Below, in pieces: positions 22,850 through 34,119 of a DNA stretch of 64,000 bases. Numbering within the stretch: position 1 is the stretch's first letter; each line of letters starts with the position of its first letter. The notes below the pieces were generated by a model, which saw only the letters and a program-made list of their open reading frames with translations, ran no database searches and was not told the origin of the DNA. The stretch covers positions 15,562,001 through 15,626,000 of the forward strand of contig NC_083235.1 of assembly GCF_032191835.1 (NCBI RefSeq). The letters run 5' to 3'. A program made the translations under genes and the position numbers. This DNA comes from Heteronotia binoei (taxonomy: Eukaryota).

Positions 22850-23371
22850 CTAGCCTTCCCAATCCCCAGGTCCCAGCAGGGGATCCCCCGATTTTACAGG
22901 CTTCCCCCCTCCCCCAGCCAGCTGGCCAGCGGGGGAAGCCCCACCCCCACAGCTATTATGCGCCTCCACAAACGATTCCCATAGGGAATGATGGGGAATT
23001 GATCTGTGGGTATCGGGGGCTCTGGGGGGGGGGCTGTTTTTTTAGGTAGAGGTGCCAAATTTTCAGTATAGCATCTAGTGCCTCTCCCCAAAATACCTTC
23101 CAAGTCTCAAAAGGATTAGGCCAGGGGGTCCAATTCTATGAGCCCCAAAAGAGGATGCCCCTATCCTTCATTATTTTCTATGGAAGGAAGGCATTTTAAA
23201 AGGTGTGCTGTCCCTTTAAATGTGATGGCCAGAACTCCCTTGGGGTTCAATTATGCTTGTCACACCCTTGTTCCTGGCTCCGCCCCAATGTCTCCTGGCT
23301 CCACCCCCAAAGTCTCCTGGCTCCACCCCCAAAGTCCCCAGATATTTCTTGAATTGGACTTGGCAACCCTA
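22850..23371 (+). mobile_element. TAGGGTTGCC-TIR DNA transposon derivative
   Basis: Colinear with 8205-8702, ends ggcaacccta. Confidence 0.75.
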
Positions 23372-23472
23372 ATCCAATCTCCTTTTAAAGCCATTTATTC
23401 CTGTGACCGTCACTACATCCTCTGGCAGTCAATTCCGCATTTGAATCACTCTGGGTAAAGAAAGAACCGGGT

Positions 23473-24390
23473 GGGTAGCCATGTTGGTCTGAAGTAACAG
23501 AATGAAGGTAGAGCCCAGTCGCACCTTTAAGACCAGGGGTGGAATTCTAGTAGCTTACAAAGTAGAATTTTTGCTCACAAGACTCTGCAGCTTAGAGGGA
23601 ACATTGGTCATTACCAGTCTAGGAGAGTCAGTTCTTTTGCATATTAGGCCACGCCCCCCCTGATGTAGCCAATCCTCCAAGAGCTTACAAGGCTCATTTT
23701 TTGTAAGCTCTTGGAGGATTGGCTACATTAGTGGGGTGTGGCCTAATATGCAAAGGAGCTTCTGCTAGAATTCCATCCCTGTTTCAGACCAATAACATAC
23801 GGTATTTAGAACAACATATAGTGATTGTCACCTTCGTGCTTGGGGGGAGGCAGATGGGCATCAGAGGCCGCTAACAGATGGCTAGCTCAGGGCAGAATCA
23901 AGCTGACCCAGAAGTGAGCTGGCTGGAAAAGGAGTGCCCAGAAGCGTCCAGACGGCATGCAGTCTGCCCCCAGAACAGGGATGGTCTGTGTGTGCATGTG
24001 TAGATGTGCTTTTTAGATCCGTCTACCTACCGTGCCTGGGGTAGCTTTAACCTCCCGTCTGTAAGCAGCCATAAGGTTAACTTTCCCGCAAGAAAAGGTT
24101 CTCTTACACACTTATCTCCTATTTATTACAACCTGCTATTTATTGCATCAAATGTCGTTTCCCCTTAACTGGATCCATAGAGCTGTGTTGACCCTGTGCA
24201 CTTGGCTTGTTGTCCCTGCTTTGTCTCAAGATGTTTACATCATGTTATATATTAATTCGTTGTTTCAACCTTGCCTATCAATGTGAATGCTTTTCTCCCA
24301 TTTCATTGTATCTGAAGAAGTGTGTGTGTAACACATGAAAGCTTATACCTCGAATAAAGCTTTGTTGGTCTTGAAGGTGCGACTGGACTC
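23473..24390. mobile_element. Penelope-like remnant with inverted termini
   Basis: gagcccagtcgcacctttaagacca (23511-23535) is inverse to tggtcttgaaggtgcgactggactc (24366-24390). A CTGAAGA..GAAA motif lies at 24312-24340. Confidence 0.55.
23534..23780. mobile_element. CAGGG-family MITE carrying an 83-bp captured segment
   Basis: MITE arms are intact except for an insert at 23549-23631 that matches 21136-21218. Confidence 0.8.
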
Positions 24391-24804
24391 TTATTTGGAC
24401 CTGAGCCCAATTTGGGAAAGGGCAGAATATAAATCCACAGAAATAAATAAATAAATACAGTTTTATTTTATTCTGGGTAAAGAAGTCTGAAAGACAATGC
24501 CCTACAGGTGGACAAGATCATGCAGGAACTGTAATTAAATTATCTTCTGGAAGTACTAATCTGGGATCACTAAACTTTATTCCAAGGTTATGTACCTAAC
24601 TGGACTTGTTGTTTTGAAAAACTGAAATTTAATAGTTCTTCCCAACCGCAAACATGGAATCAAAATGCTAAGCCTGGACTTCCAAAAGGAAATGAGGATG
24701 GGTAAAAGCTCTATACCCCTCCACCTTCTGTCTCTGTTTGGGGCAAATTCATATAGATCCTGTGCAGCAACCCCATGGACAATATTTATTTTCCAAGGAG
24801 GACA

Positions 24805-25193
24805 AGCTGTAAACAGAGGCTCATTTGTTAAGCCCTCGTGGTGATGTCTCAGAACTGTCGTCTAGAGAATCACTAGAGAGGGAACCCAGCGGAGCTGTCC
24901 TCCAACCTGGGAATCACAGCTCCAAAGACCTGAAGACATGAACAAAAACTGGCGGTGCTGCTGATGGTGCCGTCTCTGGATACAGCAAAGTGCACGCCAG
25001 ATCTACTAAGAAGGAGGAAGAAGACTGTGTTTCCAAGAAGGAACATGCAAATGGTCTTTCCTGCCTCCTGAATTCTCTGTCCGAGATATCCTATATCCTT
25101 CAGACTGACAACATCAGCAGCAGATGCATAAATTCTGCTTCTGCTGCAAACCAAAAGATTTTTCCGCCCACTGCTTTCATCCACCAGGTAAGT
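24805..25193 (+). promoter_or_regulatory. Putative OR promoter plus 5' non-coding exon (module M3), probably for OR-C
   Basis: Contains ctgtaaacagaggctcatttg...gtctcagaac...ctagagaatc and the donor cag|GTAAGT (GT at 25188). Confidence 0.55.
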
Positions 25194-25239
25194 CAGTGTT
25201 GGTGTGAGTGACTCAGCATGCCTGGTCATGGGGGGCGGG

Positions 25240-25548
25240 TTGTGCTACATCACTCTAAGTGTATATAGGTGTTATCTCCTTGAATGGGATGCCTCTCTTG
25301 GTCTTAAGCTGGGAGCTGCTGTCTGACCCCTCCTCTCTGTTCCTTTGTCCTCTGCCTCCCTGCACATGGCCTTCCATGGAGACACACGTCTCTGTAGCTC
25401 TCTCCTGTGGAGGCAGTGCCCTCATACTCCCACATGCATGATGCCTTTTGCTGGCCATTTCTGATAGGGAAAGTATTCTTTAGATTAGGCTTCTCTCTCT
25501 TCTTCTGATTTCAACCTGAATGTGAACTGGATCTATTTGAATAAATGT
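25240..25548 (+). mobile_element. LTR-like repeat, homologous to 1286-1660
   Basis: TATA-like gtatatag and AATAAA; colinear with the reverse copy at 1.3-1.65 kb. Confidence 0.5.
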
Positions 25549-25954
25549 AAGAGAGATTCCCCACTTGGCTTGTTCCCGTCTTGTTGCTCCTTTTCCCGTG
25601 GGACTGCTGCTGGATTTCGCACAAACTGCCCCAGTCCGGCGAGTTGCCCTGCCTCTCTTATGTCCAGACCTTTATTGGCATAAAAGCAATCATGATTTGC
25701 AATCAAGAGTAGGTACAAAGACCTGAAGTATAGTAAGAACAACGCATAAAGCAATCAATTCAATGGCAGCCAATAATACTAATCAAAAGCAGACACCCAG
25801 CAATTAAAATACAGAAGTATGCCTAGATTTAATTTTCTAGGCTTCTGCTAAGAAATCCACAACACATGTAGTAATGTGGGGATTAACATTTTCTAAAAAA
25901 GCAGGTTAGAGTTTTCCTTTTAGCTCTTCAAGTTCCCTCTGCAGTAGGCAGGAT

Positions 25955-26053
25955 CCTCTGAAAAACGGTATCTCTAAGGAGATGAGACACTTGTTGGCAC
26001 ACTTCATCACAGCAGCTAGGATCCTTCTGGCGCAGAGATGGAAATGGCAGGAG

Positions 26054-26100
<47 letters not shown>

Positions 26101-27063
26101 TTATTTATATCCCGCCCTCCCCGCCGAAGCAGGCTCAGGGCGGCTAACAACATTAGATCAATACATTAAGTTATACAATAATGTTTAAAAACAATAACTG
26201 ATTTAACAATTTAATTAAAATTCTAAAATTAATAAAATTAACATCCTGGTGCTATTCCAACAGATGGTAAAATTACTTAAGCAGTCTCTCTCTTTTAATC
26301 GGTGAAGGCCATCTCGAAAAGGATGGTCTTGCAAGCCCTGTGAAATTGTTCAAAGTTCCACAGGGCCCGCATTTCTTCCGGGAGCTGGTTCCATAGGTGT
26401 GGAGCCACAACAGAGAAGGCCCGCGTGCGGGTACTCTGTAGTTTTACCTCTTTCGGCCTGGGAATGGTCAGCAGGTTCTTCCCTGTTGACCTCAGTGCTC
26501 TCTGGGGTTCATATGGGGAAAGACAGTCCCTCAGGTAGGCAGGTCCTCGGCCATATAAGGCTTTAAAGGTGATAACCAGCACTTTGTAACGAATCCGGTA
26601 AAATGGACTTGATGGGAAAAGTTCTAGAGACAGCAGAGCTGGACTTTCTATCCCAGCTGATGGCTGGGAAATCTAAAGAAGAAGCAAGAAAATATTGGAT
26701 GAAATTGAATGCTTGGTTGGATACTCAAGACTTCTAAGATTCTCTGGTGTGAACTGATTTCTTTTTGCTTTTTTCCCTGTATTTTATATTATAAAATTCA
26801 CCTTTACTAGAATTGTCAAAATTATTAGATAATAACAAAAGACTTATACTATAAAATGTTATAATGGATTATATGCAGCTTAGACAAAATGATATGGGAC
26901 AATTTCTGCAAAGAAAATACTGTAGAATCATACTTGTATTTTTTGAAAGTATTTTATGCAAAAAAAGTTCAGAATGTATTGTGCTTTTACCTTTCTTTTT
27001 CCTTTATCCCTATCCCCCATTTTTTTTCTGAAACTAATAAAACTTTTAAAAACTGAAAAAAAA
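25955..27063 (+). mobile_element. 5'-truncated L1 3' end, interrupted by an L2
   Basis: Translates to HFITAARILLAQRWK | MGKVLETAELDFL..W..WLDTQDF*. Followed by aataaa and an A-run at ~27055-27063. Confidence 0.7.
26056..26602 (-). mobile_element. L2-clade LINE 3' fragment with (TTGA)n tail
   Basis: Translates to VITFKALYGRGPAYLRDCLSPYEPQRALRS. (TCAA)n repeat at 26056-26098. Confidence 0.85.
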
Positions 27064-27522
27064 ACCCTAGTATCTGTCTGCTGCAGAGGGAACTTGAAAA
27101 GAGGTGGGCAACTCGCTGGCCTGTGGCAGTTTGTGCAAAGCCCAGCAGCAGCCCTGTGGGAAAAGGAGCAAGGAGACCAGAACAAGGTGAGTGGGGAATC
27201 TATCTAAGTTTAATCCCCCCTGCAATCTACTTCTAGGGAGATACTGTGCTCAGTATCATGCTTCTATGACTGGGCAAACTCTGCTTTATTAGCCAAACAT
27301 CCCAATAGTAACAGCGCTTCCAGCACTGGCACACTTCTAGAAAACTTCCAAAGCCTCCTCCAGTTCTTATACATTCTCTGCAATAAAATAAAATAAAATA
27401 AAATCCATATATTGGGAATCTAGTAATGCAAGAAAAAAATTGCAACCACATTCCCTATCTTGAGTATACAAATATACATCCAGAATCCTAAGGCACCCCT
27501 TGGGCATGACTATGGGAATGAA

Positions 27523-27723
27523 CAGGGCTTTTTTGGTCGAAAAAGCTCAGCAGGAACTCATTTGCATATTAGGTGACACCCCCCTGATGTCACCATTGTT
27601 TCACATAGGGCTTTTTTGTCCCTACCAAAAAAGCAGGAATTCCTTTACATATTAGGCCACACCCCCTGACACCAAGCCGGCCGGAACAGTGTTCCTGTGC
27701 GTTCCTGCTCAAAAAAAGCCCTG
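27523..27723. mobile_element. CAGGG-family MITE
   Basis: Perfect TSD GGAATGAA. Confidence 0.85.
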
Positions 27724-28244
27724 GGAATGAAGGAGAAAACAGGCAGTCGAGAAAGTGTTAAATTCTCTGTGTCGGAATCTGACTTGCTAGTCAAAAATGC
27801 ATGATTTCAAATGAATGGGCCTCCTGAGCACATTAGTGGCCTTAGTACTGGACTGAGGACTTTTCAGTTTAGAAGAATCAACCAGGGGGTAGCATGGTAG
27901 AGGTTTATAAAGTTATACATAGGATGGAGTGAGTTGACAAAGAGACATTTTTTCTCCCTCTACCGAAATACTAGAATTCGAGGGCATCCAACGTGGCTGA
28001 CGGGCATTACATTCGATTGGATAAAATGAAATACTATTTTTGCACTTTTACACGTGGAGGACTTCTGCATGCAACCTCAGTCCCAACCAGAGAGGGAAGA
28101 GCGCAGGTGGAAGCAGAGGAGGGCACCGAATCATGTATTACTGTTACACTATTGAAAGGCTGGATCTGTGGTCCCTACGCTGTGAAGTTCCTCTTATGGA
28201 AACTGACCATGTGATGCAGGGATGGAGGAATCAGTCAGGTATTG

Positions 28245-28670
28245 CTGTTGTTCAGTAGCACAGTTGAATCTGACTCTTTGAGACCCCATGCCAGGCCCTC
28301 CTGTCTTCCACCATCCTCCACAGCCCTCTCAAATTCATGTTTGTTACATCAGTAACGCTGTCCAGCCATCGCATCCTTTGCCGCCCCCTTCTTCTTTTGC
28401 CTTCTGTCCTTCTCAGCATCAGGATCTTCTCCAGTGAGTGCTCTCTTCTCATTGGATGGCCAAAGTATTTGAGTTTCAGCTTCAGCATCTGACCTTCCAG
28501 GGAACAGTCTGGGTCGATTTCCCTTAGGACTGACTGATTGGATCTTCTTGCAGTCCAAGGGGCTCTCAAGATTCTTCTTCAGCACCACAGCTTGAAAGCA
28601 TCTATTCTTCTGTGCTCGGCCTTCCTTATGGTCCAACTCTCACAGCAATACATTACTACTGGGTATAGTG
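28245..28670 (-). mobile_element. RTE-BovB LINE 3' fragment
   Basis: Translates to PWTARRSNQSVLREI..CSLEGQMLKLKLKYFGH..RGRQRMRWLDSV, with a (CAA)n tail. Confidence 0.9.
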
Positions 28671-28869
28671 TCAGGTCAGGTATAGTGAAGAGAAAATGGA
28701 GGAACAGAGTGAACCTGTGCATCAGGGGAAGGTCTGCTGGCCCCCAAGCCCTATGTTTGACACTCCTTTGTTTTCTTGTTATTGGGTGCATGGTGACTTA
28801 CATAGATCAGGCTTTCCACAGTTAAGTGTAATGCAATGCACAATGATACAAAGCATTTGAACTTTAAAT

Positions 28870-29745
28870 ATATGTTGGTGGAGTCTGAAGCTGAGAGGAA
28901 AAGAGATCTTGGGGTCATGGTGAACAGCTCATTCAAAATGTCAACCATTGTGGAAAAAGGCAAACTCCATGATGGGAATTATCAGGAAAATAATAGCAGA
29001 TAAAATAGCCAAATATCACAGAGGCCTGGGGCAGATCTATTCTGTGGCCTCATTTGAACTACTGTGTACAGTTCTGGTCGAAGAGGATACTGCAGAACTG
29101 GAAAAAGTGAAGAAGGGGTAACCAAGATGATTAGCAGGTTGGTACACCTTTCAGAGGATGGTGGAAGACAGGAGGGTCTGGCCTGAGTTGATCCATGGGG
29201 TTGCAAAGAGTCAGACTCAACTGTGCGACTGAACAACAACACACCTTTCTTAGCAGGAAGGGCTAAAATGTCTGGGACTTTTCAGTGTAGAAAAAAGAAG
29301 ACTAAGGGGGAATGTGATAGAGGTTTCTAAAATTATGCAAGGGGTGGGAAAAGTAGGTACTTTTTCTCTTCCTCCCAAAATACTAGAGCACAAGGACAAA
29401 CAATGTCTTTTATGAGCTACAGTAGATAAATTCAGGCTGGACAAAAGGAAATACTTGAATTGTTGAAATATTTGAATGGTTGAATTCACTACCAGTTGAA
29501 GTAGTGATGGCCGCAAGCATAGGCAGCTGTAAGCAGGAATTGGATAGATACATGGAGAATAGATCCCTCAGTAGATCCTAGAACTTCCATGTACTACAGC
29601 AGTGAACCTCTGAATAACACTGCTAGGAAGCAATATGTTTGATTGGTCCTCCAGGTCAACTGGTTGGCCATCATGTGAAACAAGATGCTGAACTAGATGG
29701 ACCACTAGTCCGATCCAGCAGGCCACTTCTTATGTTCTTATGTTA
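28870..29745 (+). mobile_element. CR1 LINE 3' part abutting the OR-C acceptor, with a BovB tail inserted at ~29158-29243
   Basis: Contains gagatcttggggtcatggtgaacagctc and ends ccgatccagcaggccacttcttatgttcttatgtt. The BovB tail is gttgcaaagagtcagactcaactgtgcgactgaacaacaac. Confidence 0.8.
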
Positions 29746-29773
29746 TTCTGTTCCCTACAGTAACATCTGCCTA

Positions 29774-30709
29774 ATGAATCAAAAGAACGTAACTCAGATC
29801 TCTGAATTCTTGCTTCATGGTTTCTCATCCCAGCCAGAAGTTCAAAGGGTTCTCTTCCTGCTCTTCCTCTCCATGTATGTACTCAACCTCTTGGGGAATA
29901 TAACCATCATTTTGCTGATCCGCTGTGATATGAAACTCCTACAAACACCCATGTACTTCTTCTTGAGCTATCTTGCAGCAGCTGATATGGGTTTTGCCAC
30001 CACCATCATCCCGAAGACACTGGAGAACTTACCGTCTCACAAAAAGTCCATCTCATACTGTGGTTGCCTGACACAAATGTTTTTCTACATATATTTTGGC
30101 AATGCAGATAGCTACCTGCTGGCTTCCATGGCCTATGATCGCTATGTGGCAATCTGTCAGCCAATGCACTATTCTACCATGATGAGCCACAAACGTTGCC
30201 TCCAACTAGCCACAGTGTCCTGGACTATCCCCATGATCCATTCTTTGCTTTATACCATTTTGATGGTCCGCGTTGAGTTCTGCAACCCCGGGGAGATCCG
30301 TCATTTTATCTGTGACATTTATCCTGTTCTGGAGGTGTCTTGCTCGGACAACAAAGTCATAGATTTTGTCTTGATGACGGAGGGACTAGTAGAGATCCTG
30401 GGGCCATTTGTGCTCATTCTCATTTCCTACGCGTTCATCTTCTACTCCATCATGAGGATTCCGTCTACAATCGGAAAGCGCAAGGCCTTCTCCACGTGTG
30501 GGTCCCACATTTCTGTGGTGGTCTTGTTCTATGGCGGTGTGAGCTGGGTCTATTTCAATCCAAGTGCCAAGAACCCAGGCCTCCAGGACACGGTTGCAAC
30601 TGTGATGTATACCATGGTGATCCCCATGCTGAATCCCTTCATCTACACCCTCAGGAACAATGAGATGAAGTTGGCCATGAGGAGAGTCATTAGGCAGCAT
30701 TTCTATTAA
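29774..30709 (+). CDS. Olfactory receptor, class II OR1-like, intact, 311 aa (OR-C)
   Basis: All OR motifs present, including FYG in TM6 and PMLNPFIYTLRN. NVT sequon; acceptor ctacAG at 29759-29760. Confidence 0.95.
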   Translation: MNQKNVTQISEFLLHGFSSQPEVQRVLFLLFLSMYVLNLLGNITIILLIRCDMKLLQTPMYFFLSYLAAADMGFATTIIPKTLENLPSHKKSISYCGCLTQMFFYIYFGNADSYLLASMAYDRYVAICQPMHYSTMMSHKRCLQLATVSWTIPMIHSLLYTILMVRVEFCNPGEIRHFICDIYPVLEVSCSDNKVIDFVLMTEGLVEILGPFVLILISYAFIFYSIMRIPSTIGKRKAFSTCGSHISVVVLFYGGVSWVYFNPSAKNPGLQDTVATVMYTMVIPMLNPFIYTLRNNEMKLAMRRVIRQHFY

Positions 30710-31013
30710 ATTCACTGGTCCTCGTTGTACTCACAGAGACAAATATCTGGAGAAGTCTCCTACTACTATCTGTTGTAGTTAGCCAGTCCTAAGAAGGCTG
30801 TGACCTGCCTTTTAATCTTTGGGGCCTCCCACTGCTAGATAGCCTCCACTTTGTCCCACATTGGAGTGATTCTCCCACTTCCCACATGTTCCAGGTACAC
30901 CACCTCTGGCATTCCAAATTGAGATTTGTTCAGCTTGATGGTGAGGTCTGCTTTTTGGACTGCCTCCAATACTTTGACCAAATGTTCAAGGTGTGAGACC
31001 AGGTTCTTGTTAA

Positions 31014-31685
31014 AAATAATAATAATAATAATAATAAATTTTATTTCTATCCCGCCCTCCCCACCTCAGCAGGCTCAGGGCGGCTAACAACATTTTATAA
31101 AAACATACAATAATAATAATAAAACCTTTAAATTTAACAATATAAAACATCAACAATAAACTTAATAACATTAAAACCAGTTCAATAAATAGAGTTATTC
31201 TGCGGTATAGTTCTTCAACCGCGTTGGCGGCTCCTTAATTTCTGATCTTCCTAACAGTCCGGGTGTGCAAATTTGAAGAGGACGGTCTTGCAGGCCCTGC
31301 GGAACTGCTCAAGGTTCCGCAGGGCCCGCACCTCCTCGGGGAGTCGGTTCCACAGAGTAGGAGCCGCAATCGAGAATGCCCGTGCTCTGGTGCTCTGATA
31401 TTTTATCTCCTTCGGCCCGGGGATGGTCATTAGATTTTTCCCGACTGACCTCAGTGCTCTCTGGGGTTCGTATGGGGAAAGACGGTCCCTCAGGTAGGCA
31501 GGTCCTCGGCCATATAAGGCTTTAAAGGTAACGACCAACACTTTGTACTGGACTCGGTATACAATCGGCAGCCAGTGCAGTTCACGCAGCCCCGGCTGTA
31601 TATGCTCCCGTTTTGGGAGTCCCAGCAACAGCCTGGCTGCCGCGTTCTGCACTAGCTGCAGTCTCCGAGTCCGGCACAGAGGTGG
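31014..31685 (-). mobile_element. L2-clade LINE 3' fragment with (ATT)n tail
   Basis: Translates to RRLQLVQNAAARLL..LHWLPIVYRVQYKVL. Confidence 0.85.
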
Positions 31686-32011
31686 CAATGTCATCAATAT
31701 AAGCCACGGCATGGTCCAACATGCCACTTAACAAGTTGTTCAGTAGCCTTTGGAAGGACGCTGAGGCATTTCTAAGGCCAAAGGGCATCACTGTGAGCTC
31801 AATCCATCTGGTGTAATAAAGGCAGACTTAGCCCTAGCCTCTAGCTCCAGTTCCATCTGCCAATAACCTTTATAAAGTTGTGCATACAGATATATGTCAT
31901 ACGTATTTATACCCTGTTTTAGCCAGTATGAGCGATTGCTCTGATGCACTTACGATCCATAGACTCTTGAATGATTTTTCTATCAAGGTTACTGAGAGGT
32001 CAGCCAAGTTT

Positions 32012-32470
32012 CTGTTTTGTTGTTGTTCAGTTGCATAGCCGAGTTCGACTCTTTGCGACCCCATAGACCAAGTCATGCCAGGCCCTCCTGTCTTCCACCA
32101 TCCTCCGAAGTCGGCTCAAATTTGTGTTAGTTACATCAGTAATGCTGTCCAGCCATCTCATCTTTTGCCGTCCTTGTCTTCTTCCGCTTCTGTCTTTCTC
32201 AGCATCAAGATCTTCTCCAGTGAGTGCTCCCTTCTCATTGGATGGCCAAAGTATCTGAGCTTCAGCATCTGACCTTCCAGGGAACAGTCAGAGTTGATTT
32301 CCCTTAGGACTGCCTGATTTGATCTTTTTGCAGTCCAAGGGACTCTCAAGATTCTTCTCCAGCACCAAAGCTCAAAAGCATCTATTCTTCTGTGCTCAGT
32401 CTTCCTTATGGTCCAACTCTCACACCCATACATTACTACTGGGGATACCATAGCTTTGACTATACGGACT
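32012..32470 (-). mobile_element. RTE-BovB LINE 3' fragment inserted in the Gypsy RT
   Basis: Translates to VVMYGCESWTIRK..RRIDAFELWCWRRILRVPWTAKRSN. Confidence 0.9.
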
Positions 32471-33580
32471 CTGCTCTAAAGTTGCGCCAAATGATATCAC
32501 AGAAATAATTTCTGTTCATACAAGTGTATATGAAAGTTGTGTTTCTATCCTGTTTTATACTATATTGATCTGTACTTATTTTTATGCCAATAAAAGCTGA
32601 CTTGAGTTGACTACAAAGATCCACTGTGGATATCACAGTGGCAGATCCAAGCATGTCTAATGATGTGTCTATCCTAGACATAGGATTGGCATCTGGCCTA
32701 GTGCAGCAACTGAGTTTCCAAGAGTCCACACAGAACCTGATCAAGCCATCTGGCTTGGCCACTAGGAAACAGGAGCTGCCCATGGGCTTAAGGACGGCTG
32801 GATCACTCCCAGCCTCAACATCTCCTTCTCCTCCTTCTGAATATCTGTCAGCACCTTGCCATTTACTTGATAATGAGGGCACCATATAGGCCCATGAGTC
32901 CCTGTGTCTATTGCATATCTGGCCAAAGAGGTCCTCCCTGGCTCCTTCCAACACCCTCAAAATGATGCAAAACCAACAGGATTCTTTCTTTGTCTTGCAC
33001 TGACATATTTGCAGGCCACATCAGCTTCCCTCACTGAGCAGGTTCTGAAAAGTGAGTAAGCACATCTAGTGGGTCATCGTCCATCATCTTTGTCACACAG
33101 CTGGACCTAGCAGGGCCCAGCGCACCCAACCACCCTTATCTTCCTTCAATAAGGCTGAGAACAGACAGGCATTCTGGAGCGGCTGGGAGGTGTCCTGAAT
33201 TGGGACAGTTCAAAAAGAGCCGTCCCGGAGCCTCCCCACGCTCACCAGCATGCCACCCCCATCCCTTCTGTGAGGTGGCTGGGTACTGCCGCACAGGAAG
33301 GCAACCCAGAAGCCGGATTCCACTGTTCTCCCTCTGGGGGCAAGCACTGATGAGCAGGAGTGCTCTGAATGCCTTACTGAAGAACAAAACCTGGCACCAG
33401 CTTGGGGCGGCTTGGCAGTTCCACACTGCCAAGTCACCTGCACCCTTCCCCGTCCAGGCAGCAAGGAGGCACCTGACGGCCGGCTCAAAGATTTGCTACC
33501 ACTTTGGAAGTGGTAGCTTTTTGAGCTGGTCACAGGAGCCTGGAGGATGAGGTGAGGAGGGGAGGAGAATGGCTGGTAGA

Positions 33581-34119
33581 TGTTGCAGTCTGCATGGATT
33601 TTTTGGGTTGACTTCAGAGGTGTCTCTGAGTTGACCCAAAGTGCCGGTCTGTAACAGCCTACATAACTCCTAATTGTGACTAAGGAGATGTGAGGACCCA
33701 AGGAGTATAACAATAACAGTTTATTTACAGTGCTCAAACGATAAGTGGGTAAAACAGTGAAATATATGTACAGTAAAGGGTAGTGCAAATAAACAAAAAG
33801 TCCTGACGCATTTATCTATACAGTCCCATCTCTAATAACCAACACTTACCCCCTTGGGTAAGGGAACTTTCCCCTACTACAAGTTCTCTAAGCTAAAGCC
33901 TGCCTCCAGCTCAGCCATCCAGGAAAGAACCCACTCTGCCTGGGCTTGGTCCTTTTATGTTCTCCTCCCAGGCCCCACCCCTCTCTGGTCCAGTTTCCCT
34001 CCAAAACCTTACCACCCAATCAGAGGGAGAGAAGGGATCCTGAGAAATGTAGGCTCTTTTGTAACTCCTAGGCAGGCTCCTCTGGGCCTGCAGGCCTCAC
34101 TAGGCCCAGGATCATGACA
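33581..34119 (-). mobile_element. LTR (539 bp)
   Basis: The minus strand runs TGTCATGA...TGCAACA, with TATA-like cataaaa (~33955) and AATAAA (~33722). No clear TSD. Confidence 0.6.

Noticed and set aside
33581-34119. This LTR being the Gypsy remnant's own terminal repeat
   Set aside because: It lies between the integrase and RT fragments, with no recognisable PBS, so it is more likely a later insertion.
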